A DNA stretch of 64,000 nucleotides from Eledone cirrhosa (GCA_964016885.1 OZ024745.1:33542001-33606000); one strand, 5' to 3'; positions 25,870 to 39,170 are shown, counted from the stretch's first letter. Translations and numbers: made by a program. Notes: generated from the letters alone by a model not told the origin.

Positions 25870-28800
25870 ATAATAAAATAATAATAATGAAATTATTGTG
25901 TAAAGTGCTCAGGTGCACTACAGCTCGTCAAAGTTGCATGTATAGTACATAGAATAATATACAAATGTCAGGGAAGTGAATAGTGTATGAGTCATGATAT
26001 ACATGTGTGCGTGTGTACGGAGGGGGAATATTAGGTGTAGTGTTGGCAAATCTCAGGAAGCATGGAAGTTTTAAAGGATGCAGTGTCTTGACAGCTAATA
26101 ACTGATGCAGGTAGTTTGTCCCATGCTTCAGCAACTCTGTGCATGAAAAAATGTTTCCGAAAGTCATGGGGGCTGTGCTGTTTTCTGACTTTGTGGGCAT
26201 GCCCACGTGTGTTAGACATATGGAAATCAAAAAGGTACTCAGGGTTGTTGTTGGCAAGATGGTTAATAATTTTGTGGGTGTTTACAAAGTCAGTTGCCAG
26301 ACGTCGGAGCTTCAATGTATCCATGCCCAGGGAAACAAGGCATTCAGAGTATGCTAGATGCCTGATGGAGGGTATTCGCTTGGTTGCACGTCTCTGAACA
26401 GTTTCTAGACGGTCAATGTTCTGAGCAAGATAGGGGTTCAAGACTGGTGATGCAAATTCTAAGTGTGGCCGCACCATAGCTGTATACAGCCTTAAATAGA
26501 TATCTGGAGAGCGGCTGACAAAGGTCTTGCTGAGTGATGCTAAGACACCCTTGGCCTTCTGTACAATTTTAGAGACGTGCTTCGTCCAACACAAATCGCT
26601 GCTGACCGTAATGCCAAGGCCAGGTCACGTTCACAAGAAGACTTCTTGATATCAGTGTTGTGGAGGGAGTACGTGGACGCTGGGTTTTTACTCCCCAAAA
26701 TGCATGGTGGTACACTTGTCCACAGCCAACTTGAGTTGCCAGTCCGTGATCCATTGTTGCATTGTGCCCAGGTCAGATTGCAGGCAAGATCTATAGTGTT
26801 CAGGATCTGCCCTTTTTAACTCAAGGTACAGCTTGATGTCATCTGCCTATTTCAGTACTGTGGCATTCTTTAAGTTGGCATCTATGTCATTAATATATGC
26901 CACAAACAAAAGGGGGCCAAGAACAGATTCCTGTGGTACACCAGATGACATCTTATATGGTGAAGAATGCTGGCCTAGAACTGTGATTACCTCTCTTCGA
27001 CTGAGAATGAAGGACTTCAACCAGTTAAAAAGATCATCCTTCACACCCATTGCAGAGAGTTTTGCCATAAGTCTTTTATGTAGCACAGAATTGAAAGCTT
27101 TAACAAAGTCAAGGTAAACAATCCATGAGCTGCCATCAGTGATCCGGGTGATGTCTTCAAGAAACTCAATAAGTTGATCACAGCAGCTGGAGTTAGGGAT
27201 AAATCCAAATTCAGAGGGCCGGATAAGACTGTGAGAGTTTCAGATATTCCAAAGCATTTCTCTGACACAGGATTCCATCAGTTTGGCAATGCAGCTAGTA
27301 AGACTGACTGGACGATAGTTCACAGGTGATGTGCAGTCACCCTTTTTGAACAGAGGAATGACACTGGCAGTTTTCCACTGTTCTGGAGTAGCACCATTGT
27401 TCAGACAGAATTGGAAGAAGCGTGATAGCTGGTGCAGAAGGAAGTACCCACCACATTTAAGAAGCAGGTACGTAACACCATCAAGACCAGGAGAGGCATG
27501 GTTGCGTTTATTTTTAAGGTGACGTCGCAGCATTGCAGGTGTAAATTCTATAATTGTAATAGAATCCGATGTCAGAGGTGGTGGAGTCGGGACACTCTGG
27601 TCTTCAACAGTGAAAATGCCTGAATAGCATTCAGCAATGAGTTCTGCGCATTCTTTGGGGTCGTCAGTAACCTGGTTTGTGTGGGGATTGCGAAGAGGAC
27701 CAACTGGAGAGTGAGGCCTCTGCTTTGAGTGAACATACTTCCAGAACACCTTACTGTCAGGGTTGGTTGCTATGCGCTGGTCAAATTCAAGCACTGCTTT
27801 TTTGTCACCTGTTTGAGATGGTTGGATGATTTATTTCGCTTCTTCCTATTGATGTCTAATTTATGTAGTTTGTACTCACGTTCAACATTACGACGGTCTT
27901 TTCTGGCAAGACGGACTGCTGCAGTCTCCTAAATTGCACTTTTGAGATGTTTTTCTGCTGACGTGGCACCGATGATGCTCATGCTGTCCATATTGAGCTC
28001 AGGATGTTCTGGAGTACTGTGTTGACATCTCCAGAGTCATAATCCTCAAGCCAGTTTGGATGTTGCAGCTCTGTGCAGTAACAGTTCCAGTCTGCTTTAT
28101 TTCAGTCAAAGGGAGCAGTTTGGAGATGGTTGTGGTTTTTGTTACTGCCCTTGAGGGATAGATTGGCAATGATCATAGCATGATCAGTGTCACCTAAAGG
28201 TTCCTCAGTAGTAACACTAATAACCGTTTCAGGAGTAGTAGTGAAGAGTAGATCCAAAGTGTAGTCACCTCTTGTTGGGGAGGTGACTACTTGGGACCAG
28301 TTCGAGTCCAGCACTAGCTCAAGGAAATCATTTGTATTTTGCGGCCAACGAAAGGTTTCCCAGTCAATCTCAGGGTGATTGAAGTCCCCTGCAATAAAAA
28401 CATAAGTGGCTGTTTTCCTGGCAGCAACTCTGAGGATATCACAAAGTTGAGTGTCCTGATGGTAATTTGGGGAATGGTAAACGACTCCAAGTAGCAGTGT
28501 TGACATGGTTATACGTATATCGCAGAAAAATACTTCCTGCTGCGATTGGTTCAAATCAACACAATTGCTGAAAAATTTGACTGAACGTAGACCATTACAC
28601 CACCACGACAATTAATGCGGTCTTTACGAAACAAGTTGTAGCCAGTTATGCTTAAAACCCCATCACAGAGTAAGGAATGTGCCCATGTTTCCATGACTGT
28701 AATGAAGTCAGGGTTGATACTTTTGACGTAGGAGTTAAAAAGATGAATCTTATTGCATAGACTAGGTGCATTCAAGGACAATAATTTGTACCTTGATTCC

Positions 28801-30000
28801 AGTCTATGATTATGTGCATGGGATGGCAGATTGTTCTGATTTAGTTTCCCAGAGTTTTTTCAGTTTTTTTATTGTCAGTTGTTGTGGGTACAGTGTTTTC
28901 AGACCAGCTGGTATCTCTTTTCCATGTTTCACCAGCCTTAATAAACTTCCATATCTGCCCATCATCACATAGGCCGAAGCTTTCATGTTCTGCCGAGCTG
29001 CGGTTTAAGGAAGCTGCAGCACGCAACTTTGGGCGGACATTTAGGTGGAAGACAAGGGCGTGTTCGGAAAGCAATCCGACTTTCACGCCTAGCTTTATCA
29101 GAGGCTACAAGGTATGAATGTGCCTCAGTTGAGTTCGAGAAAGACAGCTAATTAGCCTGGGTTTCAAACCTGGTCGGCCAAGGCATAGAGCACCCTTCAG
29201 GCGAGCTCAGCCCAAGTCTTTGGATGAACTGGCAGCAAATGTCTGAAGATCAACTATGTCTTCTGGTACACCAATGGCAATCACTTCGTGGTTTACAGAT
29301 TCAGTGGCATTCTCAATGCGTCTAGATTCGGCAAGAGGTACGCGGAGATTTTTTAACAAGTCACTCTGGTAAGATCCCTCATTGTGAGGCTCTACACGAA
29401 CGCTTGATTTTATTCCCGCTATTTCTTGGGTTAAAGCGGAAATCATTTGCCGTATTTCCTCAAACTCTGTATTGACGGTCGATTTTTGTGTTCTTCTTCT
29501 TCAACAGGAATGGTAGGGAAAGACACAGTTGTCGGTTGTTGTTGTTGAAAAGTAACGGGGAAGGAAGACATGGGTTGCTGTTGTTGATGAAGTCCTTCAA
29601 CAGGGGTAGTAGCAGAAGCTACAGTCATTGGTTTTTTGGTTTTTGCTGTTGTTCAGGAACAATGGTAGAGGAAGACACGATCTTCGGTTTTTGTTGTTGT
29701 TGTTCAACAGCAATGGTAGAGGCAGACACACAAGCTAGGCACTGAAAGGACCAATTTGGTAGCTGGACAATTTCACAGAGCCCATCCATCATAGAAGTAT
29801 GGTGTCTCTTTTTCTGACCCGGGATCTTTTGAAAGTTTGTGGCACATTGAAGGCAAACAGAAACACGACATTTGTCACATTCGACCCATCGATTTCGGAA
29901 GGAGTTTTCTGGTTCTATACATAAACGACAGACGTGATTTTCTGGGCAATGTTCTATTTTGGAACATCACCCAGTTCTATCACACACTTCATCCATGGAT
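25870..30000 (-). mobile_element. near full-length decayed CR1-clade LINE (PHD-type ORF1, APE endonuclease, RT)
   Basis: ORF1 from ATG 29996 with CRLC..WVECDKC..CLQC..CLAC; APE motifs ETW, GDFNHP, LDLLF, TDH (28102-28781); RT NYRPVSLTS, SGVPQESVLGPLLF (26830-27794); VRPHLEFA C-terminus; (ATT)n tail; many stops and frameshifts. Confidence 0.9.
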
Positions 30001-30682
30001 GTCACAATAGCTATTTTGTCCTGTTTGTCCATCCGTACAGTAGAACAAAATGTAAATGTAAACAAATAAATATGCTGCGCAAGTTTAGCACATTTGTTAA
30101 CGAGATAAATGTTTGTTTACGTTTTGTTTTTGTGTTTCTGTTTTCCTATGTATTGTGTGTATGCAAAAAGATCTGCACACGAATATATAATTATATATAT
30201 ATAATTAAAAGGTGTATGTGGGTTAGAAGCGAAGTCAGTGTTCAGAAAGATATTACAAATGTACGTAAGATTGGCCAGTATAGTGTCTCACACGAAATAG
30301 TGTGGTTTCTTTTCACTTGTGTGTATGTGTGTGTGGTATGTATCTATATATAAATCTGTGTGTATATTGTTTTTTATAGATTTTGTGAAGTACTTACTGC
30401 GATCCCTAAGGGATGTAATGATTTATTTATTTATTTTTTTCCCCTGTTCATGTCCACACGTGGTTTGTTGGCGAAAATCAAATATACTTCGTTAAAGTAA
30501 TTTTATATTGAAGCTGGTACTAGTAGTCAGGGAACAGTTAAAGTATTTGTAATAATGAATATTGTAATCCATCTGACATGTGTTAAAAGGGCAGTTTTTG
30601 GTAAAAATATATTTTGTTTAGGAAGACGTGGTCAACCGTCCTTCCTTGTCGCTATTTTTTAATATATATATTTATATGTGTG

Positions 30683-30744
<62 letters not shown>

Positions 30745-30799
30745 TTATATATATATATATAAGAAAGTCATTGTTTTTAATGTCACACATGGGTAAAAA

Positions 30800-31700
30800 T
30801 ATGGAGAAAAGAACTTGAAAATGCAACTGGAGTTTTTTAAGAATATTTATTTACTTTACTTTACCGGTTTCACAGTTATCAAAAGTAAAATTGAGATGGA
30901 GGGTTTGTGTTTCTGCTGTGGTGTATCTTGCATCTAACTGGAGTACGAAAATTCTTTCTGTTTTATACAAAAAAATGGAGTGTTATGGTTCAGTGAGTAT
31001 GGCTAAAGTTAAAGTGCTGAGGAATGTCAGAATTTCTATTGTAGTAGACTTGCAAACAATTTAATGTACAAGAATTGGTTTATATGTTTGTATTCCATGA
31101 TGATGATGATGGTGATGGTAGTGTAGTAAGAATATGGGTTTGTGTATCTGTTTTGCATACTAAATTGCATTTGTGTGTAAGTGTGGGAGTAGTTTTTGGA
31201 AAACAAAAATATTGTGTTTGGCGCAAAAATTACTGTACCTAATTAAGTGACTGTCATCAACCAACAAAATTGCATTTTAAATAAATAGCAATCTGAGCCA
31301 CTTTTTTTGTATAAAACAGAAAGATATTTTGAGCTCCTGTTAGATGTGATACACCATAACAGAAACACAAACCCTCCATCTCAATTTTACTTTTGATAAT
31401 CATAAGAACTGTGAAACTGGTAAAGTAAATAGATATTCTTAACCCTTTAACATTTACATTATTCCATATATATTATTGTATTTTCATGGTAAAAGCTTTA
31501 CCTCACATAATTATCTCACATCATATCGAATCTATGAGATTTTGATGTTATTTATTTTGAGAACAGTACTTTAACATCAGTATGAGTGGCCAGTTATGGC
31601 CGGTTTGAACAGAAAGAGATGAGAGAATTCTAGCCGGATATGGCCAGTTTAAATGCTAAAGGGTTAAAAGACTCCAGTTGCATTTTCAATTCTTTTCTTT
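30800..31700. mobile_element. foldback element with ~170-bp inverted arms, probably Penelope-derived
   Basis: 30808-30978 is the reverse complement of 31299-31442 plus 31668-31700; each arm carries a degenerate hammerhead-like motif; (TA)n runs lie near both ends. Confidence 0.7.
31443..31663. mobile_element. piggyBac-type MITE nested in the foldback arm
   Basis: TTAA TSD, cccttta/taaaggg ends; the opposite arm has an uninterrupted TTAA. Confidence 0.85.
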
Positions 31701-31786
31701 ATATATATATATATATATAATCCTCATCATCATCATCATCCTCATCATCGTTTAATGTCCATCTTCCACACTAGCATGGGTTAGAC

Positions 31787-31985
31787 CAGGCATGTCAAAC
31801 ATGGGGCCCGTTGGCCACATGCGGCCCTTTAAAAGCACACCTGCAGCCCGCACAAATGATTTTGCAGCGCGAACATGTTTTATCTTCATAATATAAAATA
31901 AAAAACTAGTTGCAATGAGTGCAATTAGTTGTATGTGGCCCTCAGACAACACATGTGACCATGTGGCCCTCGGTTGACATGCCTG
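31787..31985. mobile_element. hAT MITE (duplicate at 32719-32967)
   Basis: TIR caggcatgtcaa / ttgacatgcctg; 8-bp TSD ggttagac / ggttagat. Confidence 0.85.
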
Positions 31986-32423
31986 GGTTAGATGCTATAC
32001 ATACACGCACATATTATATATATATATATTCAGACACTACACATACACACATATTATATATATATATACACTTTCAGTGTGGATTGGGAGCTTTTTGTCA
32101 TGGAACATAATGTAAAATAATAATAATAATGATGATTAAAGCTCAGTTCAACAAAGAATGGAAACAAAATAATTATTTCTACTTTTGGCACAAGGCCAGC
32201 AATTACTCAGAGCATTACTGGTACTTTATTTTATCGACCCCGTAAGGATGAACGGCAAAGTTAACCTCGGCAGGATTTGAACTTAGAATGGCAAGGTCGA
32301 CTCTCTACCGATACTGCCAATCCACCGGCAATAACAAAATAATGTTATGCTAGCAGAGCAATATTTTCCTTATTTCAGTGATGAAGTCTGTGATAATTTA
32401 TTAAAAAAAAAATATTACTTTAC

Positions 32424-32585
32424 CTCTTTATTTAATCGTTCAATTATCGCTTTGTCACTTTCTTTGATAGAAGTAGCAGAATCTACTTCAAACTGTAGAC
32501 GCACCGTTTGTTCTTCGAGTTGTTTATACCTTATTCTTAGTTGATTTAATTCTTTAACACAATGTGTGTAGTTAGTTTGTTTTTC
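32424..32585 (-). CDS. CCDC171: CCDC171-like duplicated exon, copy A (EKQTNYTHCVKELNQL...IERLNKE), phase 0-0
   Basis: ttttgccag|GAA acceptor, GAG|gtaaag donor, 162 nt open. Confidence 0.85.
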
Positions 32586-33005
32586 CTGGCAAAAATACAA
32601 ACAAAAAGGGACAAAAGTGTTATATCACTACATTTTCCAGATTATTTATTGAAAAAGTTTAAAGCTTTCTACACTATCATCGTTTAATGTCCATCTTCCA
32701 CACTAGCATGGGTTAGACCAGGCATGTCAAACATGGGGCCCGTGGGCCACATGCGGCCCTTTACAAGCACACCTGCAGCCCGCACAAAGGAATTTGCAAT
32801 GCGAACATGTTTTATCTTCATAATATAAAATAAAAAAACTAGTTGCAATGAGTGCAATTAGTTGTCATGTGTGGCCCTCAGGCAACACATATGTGACCCA
32901 TGTGGCCCTCAGGCAACACATATGTGATCCATGTGGCCCTCGGGGGACCATCAGGTTGGCATGCCTGGGTTAGATGCTATACATACACACACACATATTA
33001 TATAT

Positions 33006-33936
33006 GGAAATAGCAGTTGGAATCAAGAGGACTGAGAGTGAATCTAGCTAAGACAAAAGTGTTGGTAAGTAGAAAAGAGGACAAAACTCTGATTCCATCA
33101 AGGAAACGGCCATGTTCGATATATAGGAAAGGAACTGGCATAAATTCCATAAAATGTACGCAATGCAGATCTTGGGTACATAAGAGATGTAGTGGGATAG
33201 CAGGCAAACTAACAGGTAGGGAAAACTACGTATGCATTAGATGTACAGGGAAATTAGACAGTAGAAGTCACATTGATAGACACATTTCTCAGATGCAGGT
33301 GTGTTCTATAGAGGTGGTTGATAGCTTCTGGTACCTAGGTGATCAGATTAGCATGGGTGGGGGTTGTTCTGAGGCCATAGTATCTAGAATAAGGACGAGT
33401 TGGAAGCAGTTTAGGGAGCTGCTTCCTCTGTTGAAAAAGAAGGGTTTCTCCCTGCATACGAAAGGCCGGTTATATGATGCCTGTGTGAGATGCACGATGC
33501 TGCATGGTAGTGAGACATGGGCAGCAACTGCGGAGGATATGGGATGGTTGGAGAGAAATGAAGCAAACATGGTCCGTTGGATGTACAATGTCAATGTGTG
33601 TGAACGACCAACCATAGATGAGTTGAGTGAGAAACTGTGTATAAGAGGATAAGTTGTAGTGTGCGGGAGAGAAGGCTGATATGGTATGGACATGTGATGC
33701 GCATGGAGGATGACCGCTGGGTGAAGAAGTGCCAAGAAATCCCAGTAGAAGGAAGACGCAGTAGAGGAAGACCACGAAAAACATGGGCGGAGGTGGTGAG
33801 AGCAGACCTCAGATCGCTGAAGCTCATGGAGGAGATGACGAAGGACCGTGACAAGTGGAGAGATGCTGTGCTGAATAGGACACGTCCAACCCTTGCAAGC
33901 AGGGAGAAGCGGACATAAAATGATGATGATGATGAT
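33006..33936 (+). mobile_element. 5'-truncated RTE LINE family B inserted in (TA)n of duplication copy B
   Basis: GLRVNLAKTKVL, Cys/His finger, MLHGSETW, RLIWYGHVMRM, GRPRKTW, (GAT)n tail; absent from copy A. Confidence 0.9.
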
Positions 33937-33953
33937 TCAGACACTATACATAA

Positions 33954-34013
<60 letters not shown>

Positions 34014-34197
34014 TTTCAGTGTGGATTGGCCGCTTTTTGTTGTGGCACACAATGTAAAATAATAATGATAATGACGATTAAAACTCAGTTCAACAAAGAA
34101 TGGAAACAAAATAATGTTATGCTAGCAGAGCAATATTTTCCTTATTTCAATGACAAAGTCTGTGATAATTAAAAAAAAAAAAAAAATATTACTTTAC

Positions 34198-34359
34198 CTC
34201 TTTATTTAATCGTTCAACTTTGTTATTCACCCTTTCTTTGTTAGAAGTACGAGATCCTGCTTTAAACTTTAGACACACTGTTTGTTCTTCAAGTAGTTTA
34301 TACCTTAATCTCAGTTGATTTAATTCTTTAGCACAGTATGTGTAGTTAGTTTGTGTTTC
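34198..34359 (-). CDS. CCDC171: CCDC171-like duplicated exon, copy B (ETQTNYTYCAKELNQL...VERLNKE), phase 0-0
   Basis: ttttgtcag|GAA acceptor, GAG|gtaaag donor, 162 nt open, no indels; inclusion in mRNA unproven. Confidence 0.65.
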
Positions 34360-35380
34360 CTGACAAAAATACAAACAAAAAGGGACAAAAGTGTTATATT
34401 ACTACATTTCCTAGATTATTTATTGAAAAAGTTTAAAGCTTTCTACACTATTAATATTAACCTTTGTGTTTTCTGTTGAATAGCATTTCCATTAGTTCAA
34501 TCTTATATTGTTCTTATTCTATAAATACTTATCTATGCAGAAACAGTACAGGATTGAATGTGTATGTAACCAGTCACCTACATAATGTAAACAGACATCT
34601 ATCTAAATTAAAACTTTCCAATGTACATAAGATTCTTCTGATAAGTTGTTACTTTGCTAGCAAAGAAAATGGGACATTAAATGATAATGATGATAATGAT
34701 GATGATGTTACAAATACCCTCTTAATAATTATTTTTACAAGCACAAGGCAAGCTTTATTTTATCAACCCTGTAATAATGGAACAATTCTAGTAAATACCA
34801 TCAAATTATTCATTAATTAATTGAAATATGATGTATTTCATTAGAAATATAGTCATACAAGTGAAGGCATGTGGCCTAGTGGCAAGGGTGTTGGACTTGC
34901 AATCATGTCTTTGGTTTGATTCCTCAAGAGTCCTCTCCACCCTTTTTAGGCATGGTTTCTACAGTGGAGTGCCCTTCTTGTGGCCAACCACCTTACAGGG
35001 TGTACCAGGTGCATTTTCATGGCATCAATGCTAGAGAGGTTGTTGGTCCTTGTTTCAATGAAAATGCCCTCTCGACTCTGTGGAGGGATGGATGGGGTTG
35101 ATAGAAGGGAGATAAGTATGAAGTTGTGGCAAGTGTGGTGTGATTAGACAGTGATGAAGTTGTCGTAGTTTAATGGAACAAGTTTCGATGAACAAGTTTA
35201 ATGGAAATATTCTTGTGGTGTGTGGGCTTACAATGTATTAGAAGTTGTCTGTAAATCCACAATATGGGCACAATCTATTTCAAATGGTCTTTAAATAGGG
35301 GAAAAAAAAATTATCAATCTGTTTCAAAAAGAAGGAGAGGAAGAACAAATTGAAGAAAGAAAATATATGAGAATAGTTAC

Positions 35381-35470
35381 TTCAATCATCTTGTCTTTTG
35401 TATTCAGCAACTCTTTCAAAATATTAGTTTCATTTGTTAATTTATTTGCTAGAGATTTATGCTTGATGTT
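35381..35470 (-). CDS. CCDC171: CCDC171-like exon (NIKHKSLANKL...DKMIE), phase 0-0
   Basis: ttctttatag|AAC acceptor, GAA|gtaact donor, 90 nt open coiled-coil. Confidence 0.75.
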
Positions 35471-35964
35471 CTATAAAGAATAAAAAGAATAGAAACATAT
35501 ACAAGACATTTTCAGAATCTTACTATCCAGATATTTCAATACTGCAATTATCAATATGCCTAGTATATAACACTTTTTGTTTTAAAGAGAGAATAATTAA
35601 AGAGAATTAAAACGATTGTTGGCAAAGTTGTTAGAGTATTGCATATTTATCCTGCATTCTGAGTTCAAACCCCACCGAGCTCTATTTTGACTTTCATCAT
35701 TTCAAGGTTGATAAAGAAAGTACAAGCCCAATGCTGGTTTAGCCCTTTATTTTTCCAGCTATATCCTTGATGTTCTGCTGGATCAAAGGATAGAAGATCT
35801 GTGTCTACTTCAACTGCATGGGCATCAAAGGTCTTTAATGAAAACATGGAAAGATGGTATATACTACCAAGTCATACTCAATTGTGAGTGATGGCTTTGG
35901 TAGTTTGGAATATATATATACATGCTCATGCCTGTTATCTCACTACATCTCTTGTGTACCCAAG

Positions 35965-36001
<37 letters not shown>

Positions 36002-36004
<3 letters not shown>

Positions 36005-36357
36005 TCATTTTACATCCGCTTTTCCCTGCTTGCAAGGGTGAGGTTGGAATTGATCATGGCTTGATTTCTACAGCTGGATGCCCTTCCTAACACCAACCTC
36101 ATTTACAGTGAGTACTGGGTGCTTTTTTTCTGTGGCGCCTACACGACCACTTTACAGTGTGGGCTGGGTGCTTTTTTTTTTTTTGCCGTGGCACCTCCAC
36201 GACCACTTTGCAGTGGAATGATAGGGACCCCAGTCCCTATCATCTCATTTCTACAGCTGAGTAAACTGGAGCAATGTGAAACAACACATCACCCGGTCTG
36301 AGAATTGAACTCACAACCTTTCGATTGCAAGGCCAATGCTCTAACCACTAAGCCATG
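36002..36357 (-). mobile_element. SINE family 1 copy between (TA)n runs
   Basis: homologous to 628-989 with a short internal deletion. Confidence 0.8.
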
Positions 36358-36859
36358 TATATATATAATAACATATATACTGTATATACTTGAATATATC
36401 CGAATATAAGCCAACCACTCTATTTTATGTATTGGAAATGGGCAAAAATCCAAACCCCATTTATAAGGCAACTAATCAACACATTGTTTAGATGGCATAT
36501 ATAAACCAATGCTGCCATTTTACTATTGAATCTTTGGTCATATATTCCTCAGCTTATATTTGAATATATACAATACATATATACACACATAACATACATA
36601 CATTATTAACACCAACAAGAGTTTTAAGCCCATTACTAAAGCAAGGGTTAGTCTTGTGGGTTCAATATTAGGCTTCATACACATCATGGGGTCCTTTTTG
36701 AGGCAATATTTTACAGCTGGATGTTCTTTTGATCAGGTGTCAGAAGATGTGGCACCCACCGACCAGGAAATTTCATCATGCCAAGTTCATTGAGCAAAAT
36801 ATTAAATTTCTCAAGGGATATGCTAATAGCATTGGCTATTTGATTTATAGTCAATTGCC

Positions 36860-37232
36860 TGTCATCCACCACCATGTTGTGAACATGGTCAATGTTTTCC
36901 TCGGTGGTGGCAATTGCAGGATGTCCACTTTTGCACTATTGATAAAGCTGGAGCATCACCCTTAATATAGCAACCATGTCAGCATGAATGTCCTCGGGGG
37001 CTAAAGCTGTTTTCTGCAAGTACTTGATAAAATCCTGATGCCAAATTTTGTCCAGTTTCAAGAGAAGTCGCTATTGGTTACTTTTGCAGTCTTCTTTGAA
37101 CAGTCAGATATCAGTTTACTTGGAAAGAAGCAATGCAGTTATTAAGAAGAGTTGAAATTAATACATGCAAGATTTTACAGCTTTAGCATCACTCCTTCAT
37201 AGTCAGCCTATGTACTTTTCAGCCTACCCTTG
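36860..37232 (-). mobile_element. mariner transposon 5' remnant
   Basis: TA-caagggtaggctgaaaagt end; DKIWHQDFIKYLQK..PEDIHADMVA..APALSIVQKW resembles the mariner N-terminal HTH. Confidence 0.7.
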
Positions 37233-37348
37233 TAGAATAGAAGTACTATAGGCTAAAAGTAAGTTCTATAGTGCGGTAGTAAGAACTCTAGATGAACAGT
37301 AAGTTCCCAAGATCCTAAATATTCTGAGATATTTTGCAAAATGCTTAC

Positions 37349-37461
37349 CTCCTCAGTAGCTACATTTAGCCTGTGTTCAAAGGATCTCAAAACTTGATAT
37401 AATTGATCTGTCATTGATGTAGTTGTTGCTGCACAGACTAAGGGTTTGACAGTATCCGGTT
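37349..37461 (-). CDS. CCDC171: CCDC171-like exon (KPDTVKPL...RLNVATEE), phase 1-0
   Basis: atatcatag| acceptor, GAG|gtaagc donor, 113 nt, phases fit. Confidence 0.8.
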
Positions 37462-38849
37462 CTATGATATAAACACTATCATTATTTTGGAAAAGTCAAA
37501 TACATCACATATCCCCCTTTTCTCCCAAAGACTAAGTTGCTATGTTTAAATAACAAAAAAAAAAGAAGAAAATTGTATCTTTGTTAGCTAAGTTCAGGAG
37601 AACAACTATTGTTAAATTCAATTTGATACAATTAACTGTTAACATCCTGTACCACATAAAATCACATTAGTAAGACATTCTTGAAAGTACAAACCATCCA
37701 TCCTTTTAGGGTTGTTAAAATAAAGTACCAGTCAAGAGTTCTTGGATCAATGTAATCTTTCCCCCTACCTGGCTAAATTATTGAAACCATTATTTTAACA
37801 ATTATAACAAGAAATGTTTTAACAATTTTAACAAGAAATGTTTTAACAATTTTAACAAGAAACCATTATTTTAACAATTACACATTTGTATTTAAAAGTC
37901 ACACAATGACCTGTTTACACCTTACTGAATACTGGCCATATTTATAGTAACAGCAGGCTGCTTCAGTTAATTTTAAAATATATCACAATCTTGAGGAGCT
38001 TAATGATTTAATTATGACTTATTTATTATTCATAGGAATGAATGAAGAACAGTGATGTAAAATAGAGACAAATCTTTAGTCTTCTCAGAGTCAACTTCTT
38101 TAGTACTAGTGGCATGAACTCAATACATAGTCTAAATTGACTGTAAAAAAAATAAAGGAACAAACAGAAATAACAGAGTAGAGAGAGCCTTTTTGTTTCA
38201 TTAAATACACCTTGTCTAGTGCTGGTGACACAATAAAAATTACCCAGTTCATGCTGTAAAGGTTATAGGAAGGGCATCCAGTCACTAAAACCATGCCTCT
38301 TATCCCCCAAAACGACAATGGCAGAGATGGGCAGTTTCCTCTGTTGCTGTATATGTCAAATGATGAGGAATCACAGACAAGTATGATTAATTTCTATTGA
38401 TTTTGTTTGTGAATCATATTTATTATATAAATGTATTATATTTATAAGGTTTCTAGCAATAATTAATTGATTAGCGTGATGGACGTTAAACGATGATGGT
38501 GATGATGATATTTGTTATATGATAATAAAATTACTTATTTTATTAAATTGTGGTTTTTGTAAAATATACAAAAATGTTTATAGTTGTAATTACAGACTGA
38601 CAATTAAATAATAATTTAATGCTAATCAGGTAAATATAGACAATGTTTAAATTGATACCACCGCACTCTGTAACAAGTTGATAACTAAGGACTTAATATA
38701 TTCAGCTCTTTATTTTCTATCATCATCATTGTGGGTTGCCATATTATGCGACAAGTCAGGTCCAGAGACTGCGTCTTGCTCATACGGATCTGTATTTTGG
38801 CTTGATTTCTATGGCTGGATACTCTTCTTAACACTAACTACGTTAGAGT

Positions 38850-39170
38850 GTAGACTGGGTGCTTTTCATCATGTCACCAATGTGGATTGGGTGCTTTTTA
38901 TAGTGTCTCCAGCATGACCACTTTACACTGTGAACTGGGCGCCTTTTGTTATGTCACCAACATGACCACTTTACACTGTGAACTGGGTACATTTTGTCAT
39001 GCCACAGTGTGGACTGTGTGCTTTTCATCTTGTCACTAATACACCACTTTATAGTGTGGACTGGGTGCCTTTTGTCAAATCACCAACACAACCACTTTAC
39101 AATGTGGGCTGCATGCTTTTTGTCTTGTCACCAGCATGACCACCTTACAGAGTGGATAGGGTGCGTTTTC
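38850..39170. repeat. tandem iteration of a ~43-bp SINE/RTE-UTR unit
   Basis: repeated ccactttacagtgtggactgggtgctttt..tgtcacc; similar array in opposite orientation at 47050-47460. Confidence 0.8.

Larger units (their letters stand above)
31745..34450. repeat. tandem duplication of about 0.75 kb (copy A 31745-32676, copy B 32678-34450) containing an exon
   Basis: both copies start catcgtttaatgtccatcttccacactagc and end aaagctttctacacta; each has one private insertion. Confidence 0.92.
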
